Assembly: GCF_001194135.2 (NCBI RefSeq)
Contig: NC_068982.1
Location: 191,714,759 to 191,760,914, forward strand
Length of the DNA: 46,156 nt
From: Octopus bimaculoides
Lineage: Eukaryota
Reading direction: 5' to 3'
Positions 1-12,400 of the stretch are shown here, piece by piece. Position 1 is the stretch's first letter. Every line of letters begins with the position of its first letter. The position numbers were made by a program, and so were the translations under genes. The notes beneath the pieces were generated by a model, which was given only the letters and a program-made list of their open reading frames with translations, was not told the origin of the DNA and did no database searches.

Positions 1-94
1 CATTATTTTGCTCATCATTCATCTCATTTGTGTTGTTGTCCAGCCCACACTTGCTTCTATCTTTGTAATGCCTTTATGGCAAATTTGATGAGAT

Positions 95-800
95 AAAAAG
101 CCTGCTTCCCAACCACATGGTTTCGGGTTCCGTCCCACTGCGGGGCACCTTGGCCAAGTGTCTTCTACTATAGTCTCGGGCCAACCTAAGCTTTGTGAGT
201 TGATGGATTAACATCAAAGACAGAACAGAACTGTTTTTATGCAATACAAAGAGATACGTTTATTAAATATCTGAATCTAAACAAACAACAAGTGTGTGTG
301 TTGTTGAGACATTGACCTCTGTTGACCTGACCAAATGATCAGATCAATAAACACGCTGTCTTTGGTAGCCGAGTGTCTCCTACTATAGTCTCGGGCCGAC
401 CTAAGCCTTGTGAGTAGATTTGGTAGATGGAAACTGAAAGAAGCCCGTCAACGTAGGCTCGAAACATAAAAGACTTTCTCAACTTCCCAAATGTTAAACT
501 AATACACCTGTTTGGTGTTTACACACCTGTCTTCGTCTTTTGTTTTTTTGTAAATTCCAACTATATATATGTGTGTGTGTGTATATGTTTGTGTGTCTGT
601 GTTTGCCCCGATACCATTTCTTGACAACCGATATTGGTGTGCTTACATCCCTGTAACTTAGTGGTTCGGCAAAAAAAAACTGATAGAATAAGTACTAGGC
701 TTACAAAGAATAAGTCCTGGGGTCGATTTGTTCAACTAAAGGCAGTGCTCCAGCATGGCCACAGTCAAATGACTGAAACAAGTAAAAGAATTTTAAAAAA
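95..800 (+). mobile_element. Octopus-type SINE: a fragment (95-210) and a near-complete copy (369-800) interrupted by a Penelope-associated segment
   Basis: gtgtcttctactatagtctcgggcc..aagccttgtgagt..gaaactgaaagaagcccgtc..cttgacaaccga..ctggggtcgatttg..aagtaaaag. Reverse-strand copies at about 9285-9700, 13570-13700 and 40405-40740. Confidence 0.75.
452..585 (+). mobile_element. Penelope-like terminal (pLTR) fragment, truncated hammerhead-like motif
   Basis: cgtaggctcgaaacataaaagac...ctaatacacctg...gtcttcgtc...ccaactata; reverse-complement copy at 6961-7140. Confidence 0.55.
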
Positions 801-1756
801 TAGAGAGAAAGGATGAACTAGTGAATGGTAAACAAAAGGGTGGTGGGGGGGGGGGGTTAAATATTTATGGGGGAATGATGATAAGAAGGCAGAATGGATG
901 CTGATTGACAGTGGCGCAGCGGAGTGGGAGTGATGACTGGCGATACAGAGATGACAGTATTTGACAATCTATTACTACAGTATCAACTACATTGATAATG
1001 TAGTAATAGGCAGTTGATGTCTGAAAAAAGATGGGATGGTCATAGTTGGAATGCTTTTATCACAAGTGTTTTCAATCAAAGCTGATCTGATGCTCGACAA
1101 CAATACCAATGGCTGCTGATTGTCTAAACAAGCAAATAATAAAGATCATAAAATAGCATTCTACAAATAGGGACAGGACATGTCTGTCTGTCAGTTTTCT
1201 CCCTCCTCATACATACACACACACACATATCAAGACAAAGTGATACATTTGCACATAGACCCATGTACATACATACATGTATAGATGTGTGTGTGTGAGT
1301 GCAAGTTTTATAAAAAGAGAGAAAGAATTTTTCTTTACTTTTGCTTTCGTAGAAGACTAAAAATGCTAAGAACATGAAATTGTGGAGTGAGAAAAAAATG
1401 AAAGAGTAAAGAATGAAAAGATTTGTCAAAGTTTACTGCTTTCTTTGTAGATGTCTGAGATTTTTGGTTCAGAGCTGTGAATAAGGTGTAAAGTGAGTGA
1501 AAAAGAGAGGAAAAAAATTTTAAAAAGACCCCTACCACATTTGTGAGTGAAAACTTCACTTTGACCAAGAGTCTGTTGTCAGAAACGTTATAAGAAGCAG
1601 TTCTACGTTCTGTTGTAAAGACTTAAACAAAAAAACTACACACACACACACACACACCTTTTCTCAAAACTAAAAAAAGAGAAAAAGAAAGAAGAAATGT
1701 ATTAATATAGATCACTGATTACTATATCTTAATATTTTTCCATTGATTTCTTCCAG

Positions 1757-1882
1757 AGACTGGTGCCGTGTTCACATTTGGACGGTCTAGGTTTGCTGAT
1801 AATATCCCTAGCAGATTCTGGGTTCGCAATGATCCGATTCTGCAGTTGGCCTGTGGAGACCAACACACTGCTTTAGTTACAG
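1757..1882 (+). CDS. RPGR: RPGR exon equivalent to human exon 2 (ETGAVFTFGRSRFADNIPSRFWVRNDPILQLACGDQHTALVT)
   Basis: ttccag| acceptor, |gtaaaa donor, 126 nt, phase 1-1. Confidence 0.96.
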
Positions 1883-2799
1883 GTAAAAATTTCATGAGCA
1901 CCTCATCATTTTTTTTTTTTAATTGAAATATTAAAAAGAAATTGTATGGTTTGCAATACTTGAGTTGTTTTTTTTTTTCTTAACCCAAATAAGTGTTCGT
2001 TTCCAGTGGGTCACTACATTTCTAGCAGAGAGGATCACTCGGAAGTGTTGGCAACTTGGTGCAGAACAAACCAACACAATGGTCTGTTCTCTCTACTACA
2101 GTCCTTGCAAAGCCTTCATTAACCCTGACAAAGAGATAGCAACACACACAGGGAACTTTGGATAATTCTGGGAAATTTCCAATCTGCTACAATTACCAGT
2201 TCCTGTTTGATAAGGAATTTTTCTTTATATTTTAAAATATCTCGTTATGTAAGATAAATGTCTTGTTTTATTTAACAAATGTCCTTAAATTGTTTCTTTA
2301 TTTATTCATTAATGATAATTAATAATTATGTTTATATCTTTGGTATGCAAGAATTTGACTTGATTTTCTTGATTTTCAGAAAGTGGTCGAATTTTTATGT
2401 TTGGTCCAAATGATTGGGGTCAGTTAGGTCTTGGACACAGCCGGCATGTGGACAAGCCAAGCTGTATCAAAGGTGAAGTGTCTGATTTGATTCCAATTAA
2501 ATAATTTGCTTATTTTCTGTATGTGGGAGAAGAGTGGGCTGGTAGAGAATCTCAGAATTTTCTTTATATTCTTCTCTAATAATCCATTCTACTGTAGACA
2601 CAAGGCCTGAAATTTGTTGGGGAGGGGACTGGTTGAGTACATTGACCCCAGTGTCCAGCTGCTTCTTATATGACCAACACTGAAAGGATGAAAGGCAAAG
2701 TTGACCTGGGTGGAATTTGAACTCATGACATAGCAATGGGCGAAACACTGCTAAGCATTTCATCCAGCATGCTAACGATTCTCCCAGCTCACCGCCTTA

Positions 2800-2869
<70 letters not shown>

Positions 2870-3909
2870 TTGCCATTGTTGATGGGGCAAACTGAAGTCT
2901 TTCATTTCATGAACTTTCTCCTTCATTAAAGTTGTTTTGGTAGTAATGAGGGTCAGCTAGGTCGGCAATTTGAATCAAGATCCTGTGTTGTCTCTTCTGT
3001 GAGCTCCAACATCTATTTCATGTTTCCAGATGGCACAATATCATATGGTGCATATCTTGCATGTAATGTGCAATATAATGTCTGTAGATGGAGTAGGGTA
3101 CAGCATTTGGCAGTTGTTCGATAACCAAACAGCTGACCTGGCCCCCGTGCACAGGTTACATGCATCAACCTGCTGTTGATGGTATCAACACAAATATTCA
3201 ACTGGTATTGACCCTGGGCAGATGAAAAGCACGTGAAACTTTGGTGGGATTTGAACTTGGAATGTATTGAAAGTCAATCTCAAAACACTGAGCCTTACAA
3301 AAGGAATGGCAAAGGACTGAGATACCTGGTGCTTTGCTGAAATGCAGAAGACTCATCCTCCACAATAGTAATGTTAAGGCTGCCCCACCCCTTGGAGAAG
3401 AGGATTGGCCTACAAGAGTCTTGTTTCAGTGCCACAGAAAAAGCACCTGTGCTTCATCATGATCATTATCATCATCATTTAACATCTGTTTTCCATGCTG
3501 GCATGGGTTAGACAGTTTGACAGAGAGCTGCACCAGGCTCCATTGATCTATTTTGGCTTGGTTTCTACAGCTGGATGCCCTTCCAAATGCTGACCACTCC
3601 ACAGAGTGTACTGAGTGCCTTTTATGTGTCACCAGCACAGGTGCCATTCGCGTGACACTGGTATCTGCCACAACTGCAATTTTGCTTGGCTTGACAGATC
3701 TTCTCAAGTACGACATAATGCCAAAGGTCATTTCCAAAGGTCATTGAGTTTATATCATTGGTTCCTTTGAAGACCTCTCCTCCCACTAACACTCCATCAC
3801 TCACCCACCTCCTCTTATCCCTTTATCAGTGATCTCTCTTTGTTTATGACCCCTACCTTTATTTCCAATATTCTTATTATTCATCTCCCCTTCACACACT
3901 CTCTCTCTC

Positions 3910-3970
<61 letters not shown>

Positions 3971-6877
3971 TCACTCTCTCACTCTACCACTGTGCCATGG
4001 GTCACTAAAGGTGGCACAGAATGTCTTCTGTTCACAGATAGTAAGATGGGTGGAGGTGGTTTGGGTTAAAAGAGATCTCATGGGATTTAGATTTAATCAG
4101 GAATCTCTTAAAACTTGATGCCATATTCTCCAGATGGATTGAATTACAACTAAATGATTGTCTTGAGCATCAAAAATCAGTGAAAGAGAACACGGCACCA
4201 TTTTTCATCATCATCATCATTGTCATTGTCATCACTGCCACCGCCACCACCATCTTTATAGTTTTTTACTGTTTCTTTCTACTATGTTGATACAGAGGTA
4301 AGAAAGGATGCCCCTCCCCCCTCATAACATCTCTCACCCCAACCCTTTTACCGTTTCTTACACAGCACCAAACATTTCTTCACGCCTGTTCTTATCTTTT
4401 ATTTTAATTACTTTTGTCAGCACTGAAACATGAGAAAGTGTCCCTAGTGGCTTGTGGAGGGTGCCACACCTTAATTGCTACAGGTAAGATGTGCAGTTTA
4501 CCACCTGTTAATGAATTTTCCTGGATTCATCATCATCATCATCATCATCGTTTAACGTCCATTTTCCATGCTGGCATGGGTTGGCCGGTTTGGCTGGGGA
4601 CTGGTGAGCAAGATGGCTGCACCAGGCTTCAATCTGATCTGGCAGTGTTTCTACAACTGGATGCTCTTCCTAACACCAGCCACTCTGAGAGTGTAGTGGG
4701 TGCTTTTTACATGCCACCAGCATGGGAGCCAGTCAGCCAGCACTGGCATTGACCACACACGGATGGTGCTTTTTATGTGCCACCAGCACGGGTGCCAGTC
4801 AGGTGGTTAGGGTGTTGCACTCACAATTGCTAGATCATGGGTTTGATTCCCAGACCAAGTGATGTGTTGTGTTCTTGAGTAAAACTCTTCACTTCACATT
4901 GCTCCTGTTGGCTATGGATGGATCTCTCTGCAATGAAACAGCTTTCTAAGCAGGGGGATTGTTGGTTTGCTTGCCTAGGCCCAGTGGGGTGGCATCATTC
5001 GAAGGCTAAAACAATGTGAAGTGCATTGTGACCAGCAATGGAGGGTAACAGCTGATAGTCTGGTCGATCAAGTGATATATATATATATGAATATGCATAT
5101 GTATGCATGTGTGTGTATATATATATATAATAATAATCACCATTTAATATCTGCTTTCCATGCTGGCAGGGGTTGGACGGTTTGACAGGAGCTGACCAGC
5201 TAAGGGTTTGTTCAGGCTCCATGTCTGTTTTGGCATGGTTCCTATGGCTGGATGCCCTTCCTAACGCCAACCACCTAACAGAATGTACTGGGTATTTTTA
5301 CACAACACCGGCACGAGTACATTTTACGTGGCACCAGCACCTACAAACCTGCAAGATTAGGGATGCTCAGCTGAAGAAGGTCGCAGGAGACAAAGCCTGT
5401 AAGTGAGGGCAACCATGCTTTTACTTAGCTCGGTGAAGATCTCATTGGACAAAATCAACACTTTGTTAGCGGCATGCTTCATCTCAGCTAACATGGTTTT
5501 TTTTCCCTGCTGAGCCATTTCTTCTTGGAAGCTGCTGAAATTAACTTGCCAGGATTGTTTCTTGTATGCAGTTAGCTTTAAATCCACTTTAAAAATCTTG
5601 TGCATTGATCATTTCAAAATATGAAGAGCTTTTGCAGTTTTTCTTGGCCTCTTGTAGGGATTTTGGTTTATTTGCTTCTTCACAGCTTCAACAGTTTGTT
5701 TGGTATGAATTGATTGTTTATTACCAGGAATTGGCTTGCTAGAGGTAGTAGCAGACGCCATGTATCATTTCCAGGTGCCGCGGAACTGGCTCCTGTGCAG
5801 GTGGCACATAAAATACACCATTTTGAGCATGGCCATTGCCAGTACCGCCTGACTGGCCTTCATGCCGGTGGCACGTAAAAGCACCCACTACACTCTTGGA
5901 ATGGTTGGCATTAGGAAGGGCATCCAGCTGTAGAAACTCTGCCAAATCAATTGGAGCCTGGTGTAGTCAAATCGTCCAACCCATGCTAGCATGGAAAGCG
6001 GACGTTAAACAACAATGATGATGATGATGATGATGATGAACACTGTTTTACGGCGCACAGTCTTGTTATGTCCTTGCTGCTCACTCCAGCTGTTTTCAAA
6101 GCGACAATCTGGTCATGTTTTGCTTCCGACACCATTTGTTTACAAACATGTTATAAATCAACAAAACAATGGACACATGAACAAAAGACAAATGCGAATC
6201 TTTATGTAAAATGTTGCTAATATTACCTGAATAGGTATTCTTTAGGAAAAGTTATAAAGATGGGTAAGGGCCTCACCGAGGCGATGACTTCTGACCGAGA
6301 CCTTTGGAAATATGCTGTGCATGAGAAGACCTGGCAAGCCAAGTGAGACCATAATCCAAGGCCTCTGCCTGGGGTGTAGCCAGCCCACTTATGCGTACCT
6401 TTCCTTCATTGGACACTAAACTCCGCTTGCAAAGACCTGTTGAGGCAAGTGAAATTGAAATTGAACTAAATTCGACGACTGGCATCCATGCCAACGTTGT
6501 CTCCTTCATTGGACACGAAACTCGGCTTGCGAAGACCTGTTGGAGCAAGCGAAAGCGAAATCGTGATGGCACNNNNNNNNNNNNNNNNNNNNNNNNNNNN
6601 NNNNNNNNNNNNNNNNNNNNNNNNNNNNNNNNNNNNNNNNNNNNNNNNNNNNNNNNNNNNNNNNNNNNNNNNNNNNNNNNNNNNNNNNNNNNNNNNNNNN
6701 NNNNNNNNNNNNNNNNNNNNNNNNNNNCTTGGTGTAGCCATCTGGTTTCACCTGTCCTCAGTCAAATCATCCAACCCATGCTAGCATGGAAAGCGGACGT
6801 TAAACAATGATGATGATATATATATATATATATAACTCGTTTCAGCTTTAAAGCTGCAGTCATGCTGGTGCACTACC

Positions 6878-6908
<31 letters not shown>

Positions 6909-6919
6909 TCAGATATGTA

Positions 6920-6962
<43 letters not shown>

Positions 6963-7144
6963 GGAATTTATAGAAAAACAAAAGACGAAGACAGGTGTAT
7001 GAACAACAAACAGGTGTATTAGTTTGACACTCGGGAAAATGAAAAAGTCTTTTATGTTTCGAGCCTACGCTCCTCAACAGAAAGGAATAAGAGAAAATTA
7101 AGAGAGAGAGAATAGAAATAGTTGTGGATTTAGCGGTCAAGAAT

Positions 7145-7180
<36 letters not shown>

Positions 7181-7210
7181 CATACATACATACATACTTA
7201 TGTACATATG

Positions 7211-7253
<43 letters not shown>

Positions 7254-9390
7254 TACTGAATATATTTTTTTTGTTTTGCAGATTCCGGGAAGATTTATTC
7301 CTTTGGTGCCAATGGTGAAGGTCAGCTGGGAGCTGTTGGTGTTGAAAAGTCTATGGAACCATACCATATCAAAAAATTACCATCTTGTATTCGCTATAAA
7401 GCACTTGCTGCTGGCTTTGAGCATTCTGTTTGTCTTACAGGTAAGTTGGTCAGTTTTGGCTTCTGGTCATCATCTTAACACCTGCTTTTCCATGCTTGCA
7501 TAGGTCGTATGAAGTTAATGGAAGCAGATTTTCTATGGCTAGATGTCTTTCCTATTACCAACGCTCACCTGTTTTCAAGTCAGTCAGTATTTTCTCATGG
7601 CCAGACATTCTTCAAAGAAGATTAGAAACAAGGGACACAGCTTGGATGGCAATGATACCTGTTTACAACAATCATGCAGTGTTGAGACAAGAAAACATAA
7701 ATACACACACACACACATGTATATATACAATAGGCTTCTTTCAGTTTCCATCTCTCAAATCTGCTCATTAGGCTTTGATTAGCCCAGCATTAAGTTGTTA
7801 AAGACACATGTCCTGAGATTTATTGTATGAACAATATTAGAAATGGGCCAATCTGAAGACATCTTCTAAAATAGAGTGAATTTGAAACATTGGCATTAAA
7901 ATAGAAATGGAAGATAAAAATTTACGGTGACTGCGTTTCATAACAATATATCCTGTTGTGGGGCTTTAATTATTTCAAATAATCAAGAATTATGGAAGAG
8001 TCAGTGAAATAATAAAAGACAAATGTTTAAAGTTTTATACAAATGAAGGTTGGCTGAGAGAATCTATAAAATAGGGGACAAAATACCTTGCGGTATTACA
8101 TCCCTATATGTGCTCAACTCATCTCCTGCTTGGGTTGAGTTGGTCTTTTATGTTTCTGGAGTCAATAAAAATACCAGTAATTCGAGTGTACCTTCTCTCA
8201 AAGTTTCTAGCAGCTTGCCATCGTCCTCATTGCTTAAACACTCACTTTTCCATGCTTGCATGGGTCCAACAGAATTCATGGAGCAGATTCTTTATAGCCA
8301 GATGCCCTTACTGACACCAAATCTCACCTGTTTTCAAGCAAGGTAATATTTCCCCATGCCCATGCTGGTGCCACATAAATAGCACTGGTGCCATGTAAAA
8401 TGCACCCAGTACATTCTTTGAAGTGTCTAGCATTAGGAAGGGCATCCAGCTATAGAAACCATGCCAAAACAGACAACTGGAGCCTGGTGCTACCCCCCAG
8501 CTTGTCAGCTCTGGTCAAATCGTCCAACCCATGCCAGAATGGAAAACAGGTGGTAAATGATGATGATGACAAGGTGGAAATAACAAAGATGTTCACTGAC
8601 GACTATTCCGTGATGTTAATAAAAATTGCTTTTGTGTTTTAACAAAATTTTAGTCCAAGTTTTAAATTGAAACGTGAACCCTTTAATAGCAAATGATTGT
8701 TTTGTCTTGTGTTACCAAATTTCTGTTAAAATATTTTTCCTTTGTTTTAATTAACTTTTAAAATAATGAAGAATTTAGTTAAATATCACTGTCATAATTA
8801 AGCTGCTGTTCAGAACATAAATTATCCTGTAATTTAGATGGGAGTTTGTATTACAAAACCAGAGTCTGTCACACAGATGGGACAAAGAGTGGTTTTGTTC
8901 TGTCCAGAAGATGTTACAAAAACAAACTGTTGTTTTACCAACTGTGTCATTCTTCACTGACATTCAGACTGTTGTATCTTTGTTTCAGAGTCTGGAGATG
9001 TGTATATCTGGGGAAGTAACAGTGAAGGTCAGCTTGGATTTGGTGACCTTACAGAATCCTATGTGCCAACCCGATTGCTAGCAGAAGAAACCATGAAGTC
9101 TGTAGCTGTAGGATATTACCACACAGCATTATTAACCGGTTCATATCCGATTTCATATTTGTTTATTTATTGTTTTATTGTTTTATATCTTTCAGTCGTT
9201 AGACTGTGACCATGCTGGGGCTCTGTGTTGAAGAATTTTGAGTTGAATGAATCAATCCCAGGATTTATTGGGGGTTTTTTTTAAGCCTGGTACTCTGTCT
9301 ATTGGTCTCTTTTGCTGAACCACTAAGTTATGGGGATGCAAACACACCAACACCAGTTGTCAAGCAGTGGTGGGGGACAAACAAACAAAT

Positions 9391-9421
<31 letters not shown>

Positions 9422-12400
9422 GAGACACAGACACACACACAACAAAACATAATCTCTATTGTTGGCAAGAATTCATTTGTTTGAGTGATTGTTGAATCGA
9501 CATGTAAGTGGCTGAGTATTCCACAGACAGCATAATTGTTTGGCAGAATCAGCATCATGAGACATTGTTTGACAGGGCTGCATCTTTGATCAGATGATGG
9601 GCTTCTACTCAGTTTCCATTGCCTCAATTTCACCCAGACGGCTTGAACTGATCTGAAGCTGGAGTGAAAGATGCTCAGCCAACATACCATGCTGCAGTCA
9701 CATGCCACGTAAAGAGCCCCAAAGCACCCAGTCCACACCCTGTAAAGTGGATGATCTAAGGAAGGGCATCCAGCTGCCAAGGCAGACATTGCAGCTTCGT
9801 GCAACTCCTCACTTTGCCAGCTCCTGCCAAACTCCCCCACCCATACCAGCATGGAAAATGGATATTAAATGACGATGAGGATGATAACGACATACATTCA
9901 TACATATATGCATGTGTGTATGCGTGTGTGTGTGTGTATATAAATATAGATATATCATCATCATTATATGTCCATTGTCCATGCAGGTTTGACCAGGGCT
10001 GAGGAGCTGCACCAGACTCTAACCTGGCATGGTTTCTACAGCTGGATGCTCTTCCTAACACCAACCACTCCGAGAGTGTAGTGGCTGCTTTTTACGTGCC
10101 ACTGGTATGAGTACCAGTTCCGTGACACTGGCATCGGCCACGACTGCAATTTCACTTGGCTCGACAGGTCTTCTCAAGCTCATCTGTGTATTCATAGCTA
10201 AAGACAGCTGCAGAAAGAAATGCCAGTTGCTAAATGTGAATAACTTTACACTGCTGTCTGTGTTGTGGATATTTAAGTGATGCTGTTCGAGGATGGTTAA
10301 TGGGTGAGATGGGGGCTGATGAAGGAACAAAACCCCCTGAATACATGGCAGACATGCACAGTAGCCATTTCTCATTGTTTGTTTACATCTGATGTCTCAT
10401 ATACAAAACGTAAGAGCAAAAATCAGTGATGGCTTTAATTTCTGTAGAATATCTGTAGAGAGAAAAACCTTAACAAGTACTGTAAGAAGCACACAACACA
10501 GGAGAACCTGGTATTCACTCATAAAAAGGTTTAATATCTTGGCTTGCCTCTGCTGACGAAGATCAGGAAGGCTGTTGTCCTCGTCGTCTGCACACCCGTT
10601 CATGGCTGATAAGGCTGATGTGCGATTGACATATCCAATTGCAATGATGACAGAAGTATGATTGTCCAGAGTCTGATGAGGCAGCTGCATTATTTTTTCA
10701 CCTCTGACGTTTCTCTTCAAGAGAGGCACTGCAAGAGATCTCAAAGAAGGAAGCAGCATCGCTGATGGTATGGTGCCAAGTAGCATGGTCAGCTGTTGGA
10801 GTGGACCACTCACGATAATGTTACAAATGCTAAGGGACTGCTTCTTTGGTGCCCTCCTGTTGCGGTGGTCAGTGGTCAGCTCACCATACATGATGATNNN
10901 NNNNNNNNNNNNNNNNNNNNNNNNNNNNNNNNNNNNNNNNNNNNNNNNNNNNNNNNNNNNNNNNNNNNNNNNNNNNNNNNNNNNNNNNNNNNNNNNNNNN
11001 NNNNNNNNNNNNNNNNNNNNNNNNNNNNNNNNNNNNNNNNNNNNNNNNNNNNNNNNNNNNNNNNNNNNNNNNNNNNNNNNNNNNNNNNNNNNNNNNNNNN
11101 NNNNNNNNNNNNNNNNNNNNNNNNNNNNNNNNNNNTGGTGAAAACATTCAAGGAGCCTGAGATGACAGCGGTAGGGGACCCAGGAGTCGTAGCCATACAG
11201 GAGCGTCGTCAGGACGACGGCCCTGTAGACTCTGACTTTTCTGCTGATCTTACGATGCTTATTATTCCACACACGTTTGCACGGTCTGCCAAATGTTTTC
11301 TTTGCCTGTCTGTTATCAATTTCTTTGTTGATACTCCCATCTGATGAAATGGTACATCCAAGATAAAGGAACTGCTGTACCGACTTCAGTTCTGTTTCGG
11401 CAATGGTAATGGGGGGCATCCTGTACTCTTCCTGAGGAGCTGGTTGGTGTAGGACTTCAGTCTTTTTCAAGCTTACTTCCAGCCCAAAGACTTGGGCAGC
11501 CTCTGCAAAGCAGGATGTGATGCACTGTGGGGCTCTTTCTATGTGTGCAATAAATGTGGCATCATCTGCAGAGAGGAGGTCCTGGATCACTTGCTCTTGA
11601 GATCTGGTGTGGGCCAGTAGGCACTGGAGGCTGAAAAGACTGCTGTTCAGACTGTACCTGATGTAGATGCCATCTTCAGCATCAAGGTCTGCAGTGGCCT
11701 GCCTGAGCATCATGCTAAAAAAGATGCTGAAGAGAGTTGGTGCTAGGACACAGCCCTGCTTCATGCTGTTGTTGATGGGGAATGGCACAGATATAATGAA
11801 ATACCATGTACGAACAAATCATTAGTCTTGATTTGACTGGTGATTCTCTCTGCCCAAGAAGACGAAAATGAGCTCCTAATTAAGAAATCATTGATTAATG
11901 TATTTTTGTTTTAACTTATTTCAGAAAATGGCTCTGTTTATATTTTTGGTGAAACAGAAGGTGGGAAACTCGGTCTTGGAGATGAAATCAAGAAATGTCG
12001 CACGCCAGTTAGACTGGTGTCTTTTGACACAACTGTTGAGTCAATTTCTTGTGGAAGTTCTTATACAGCGCTAATTACCAGTAAGTATTTAATTATCAGT
12101 ATTCTAGTTAACTACATTTTGCTTCTGTTAGTGTTGGTGAAGATATTGTTATGGTGCCATGTAAAAAGCACCGGTGCTGGTTCCACATACAAAGCTTCCA
12201 GGACACTCTGTGGAGTGCTTGACATTAGGAAGGGCATCCAGCTGCAGAAACCATGCAAAAATAAATAAATGCAGCCTGGTACAGCTCCTGTCAAACCAGC
12301 CAACTCATGTCAGCAGGGAAAAATAGAGGTTAAATGATAGTGATGATGATGATAGTGATGATGGTGATGATGATGATGATGATGATGATGATGACGATGA

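Noticed and set aside
1555-1600. tgaccaagagtctgttgtcagaaacgtt as a second hammerhead-like motif
   Set aside because: It has GAAACGTT but lacks a CUGANGA core and a clean helix II.
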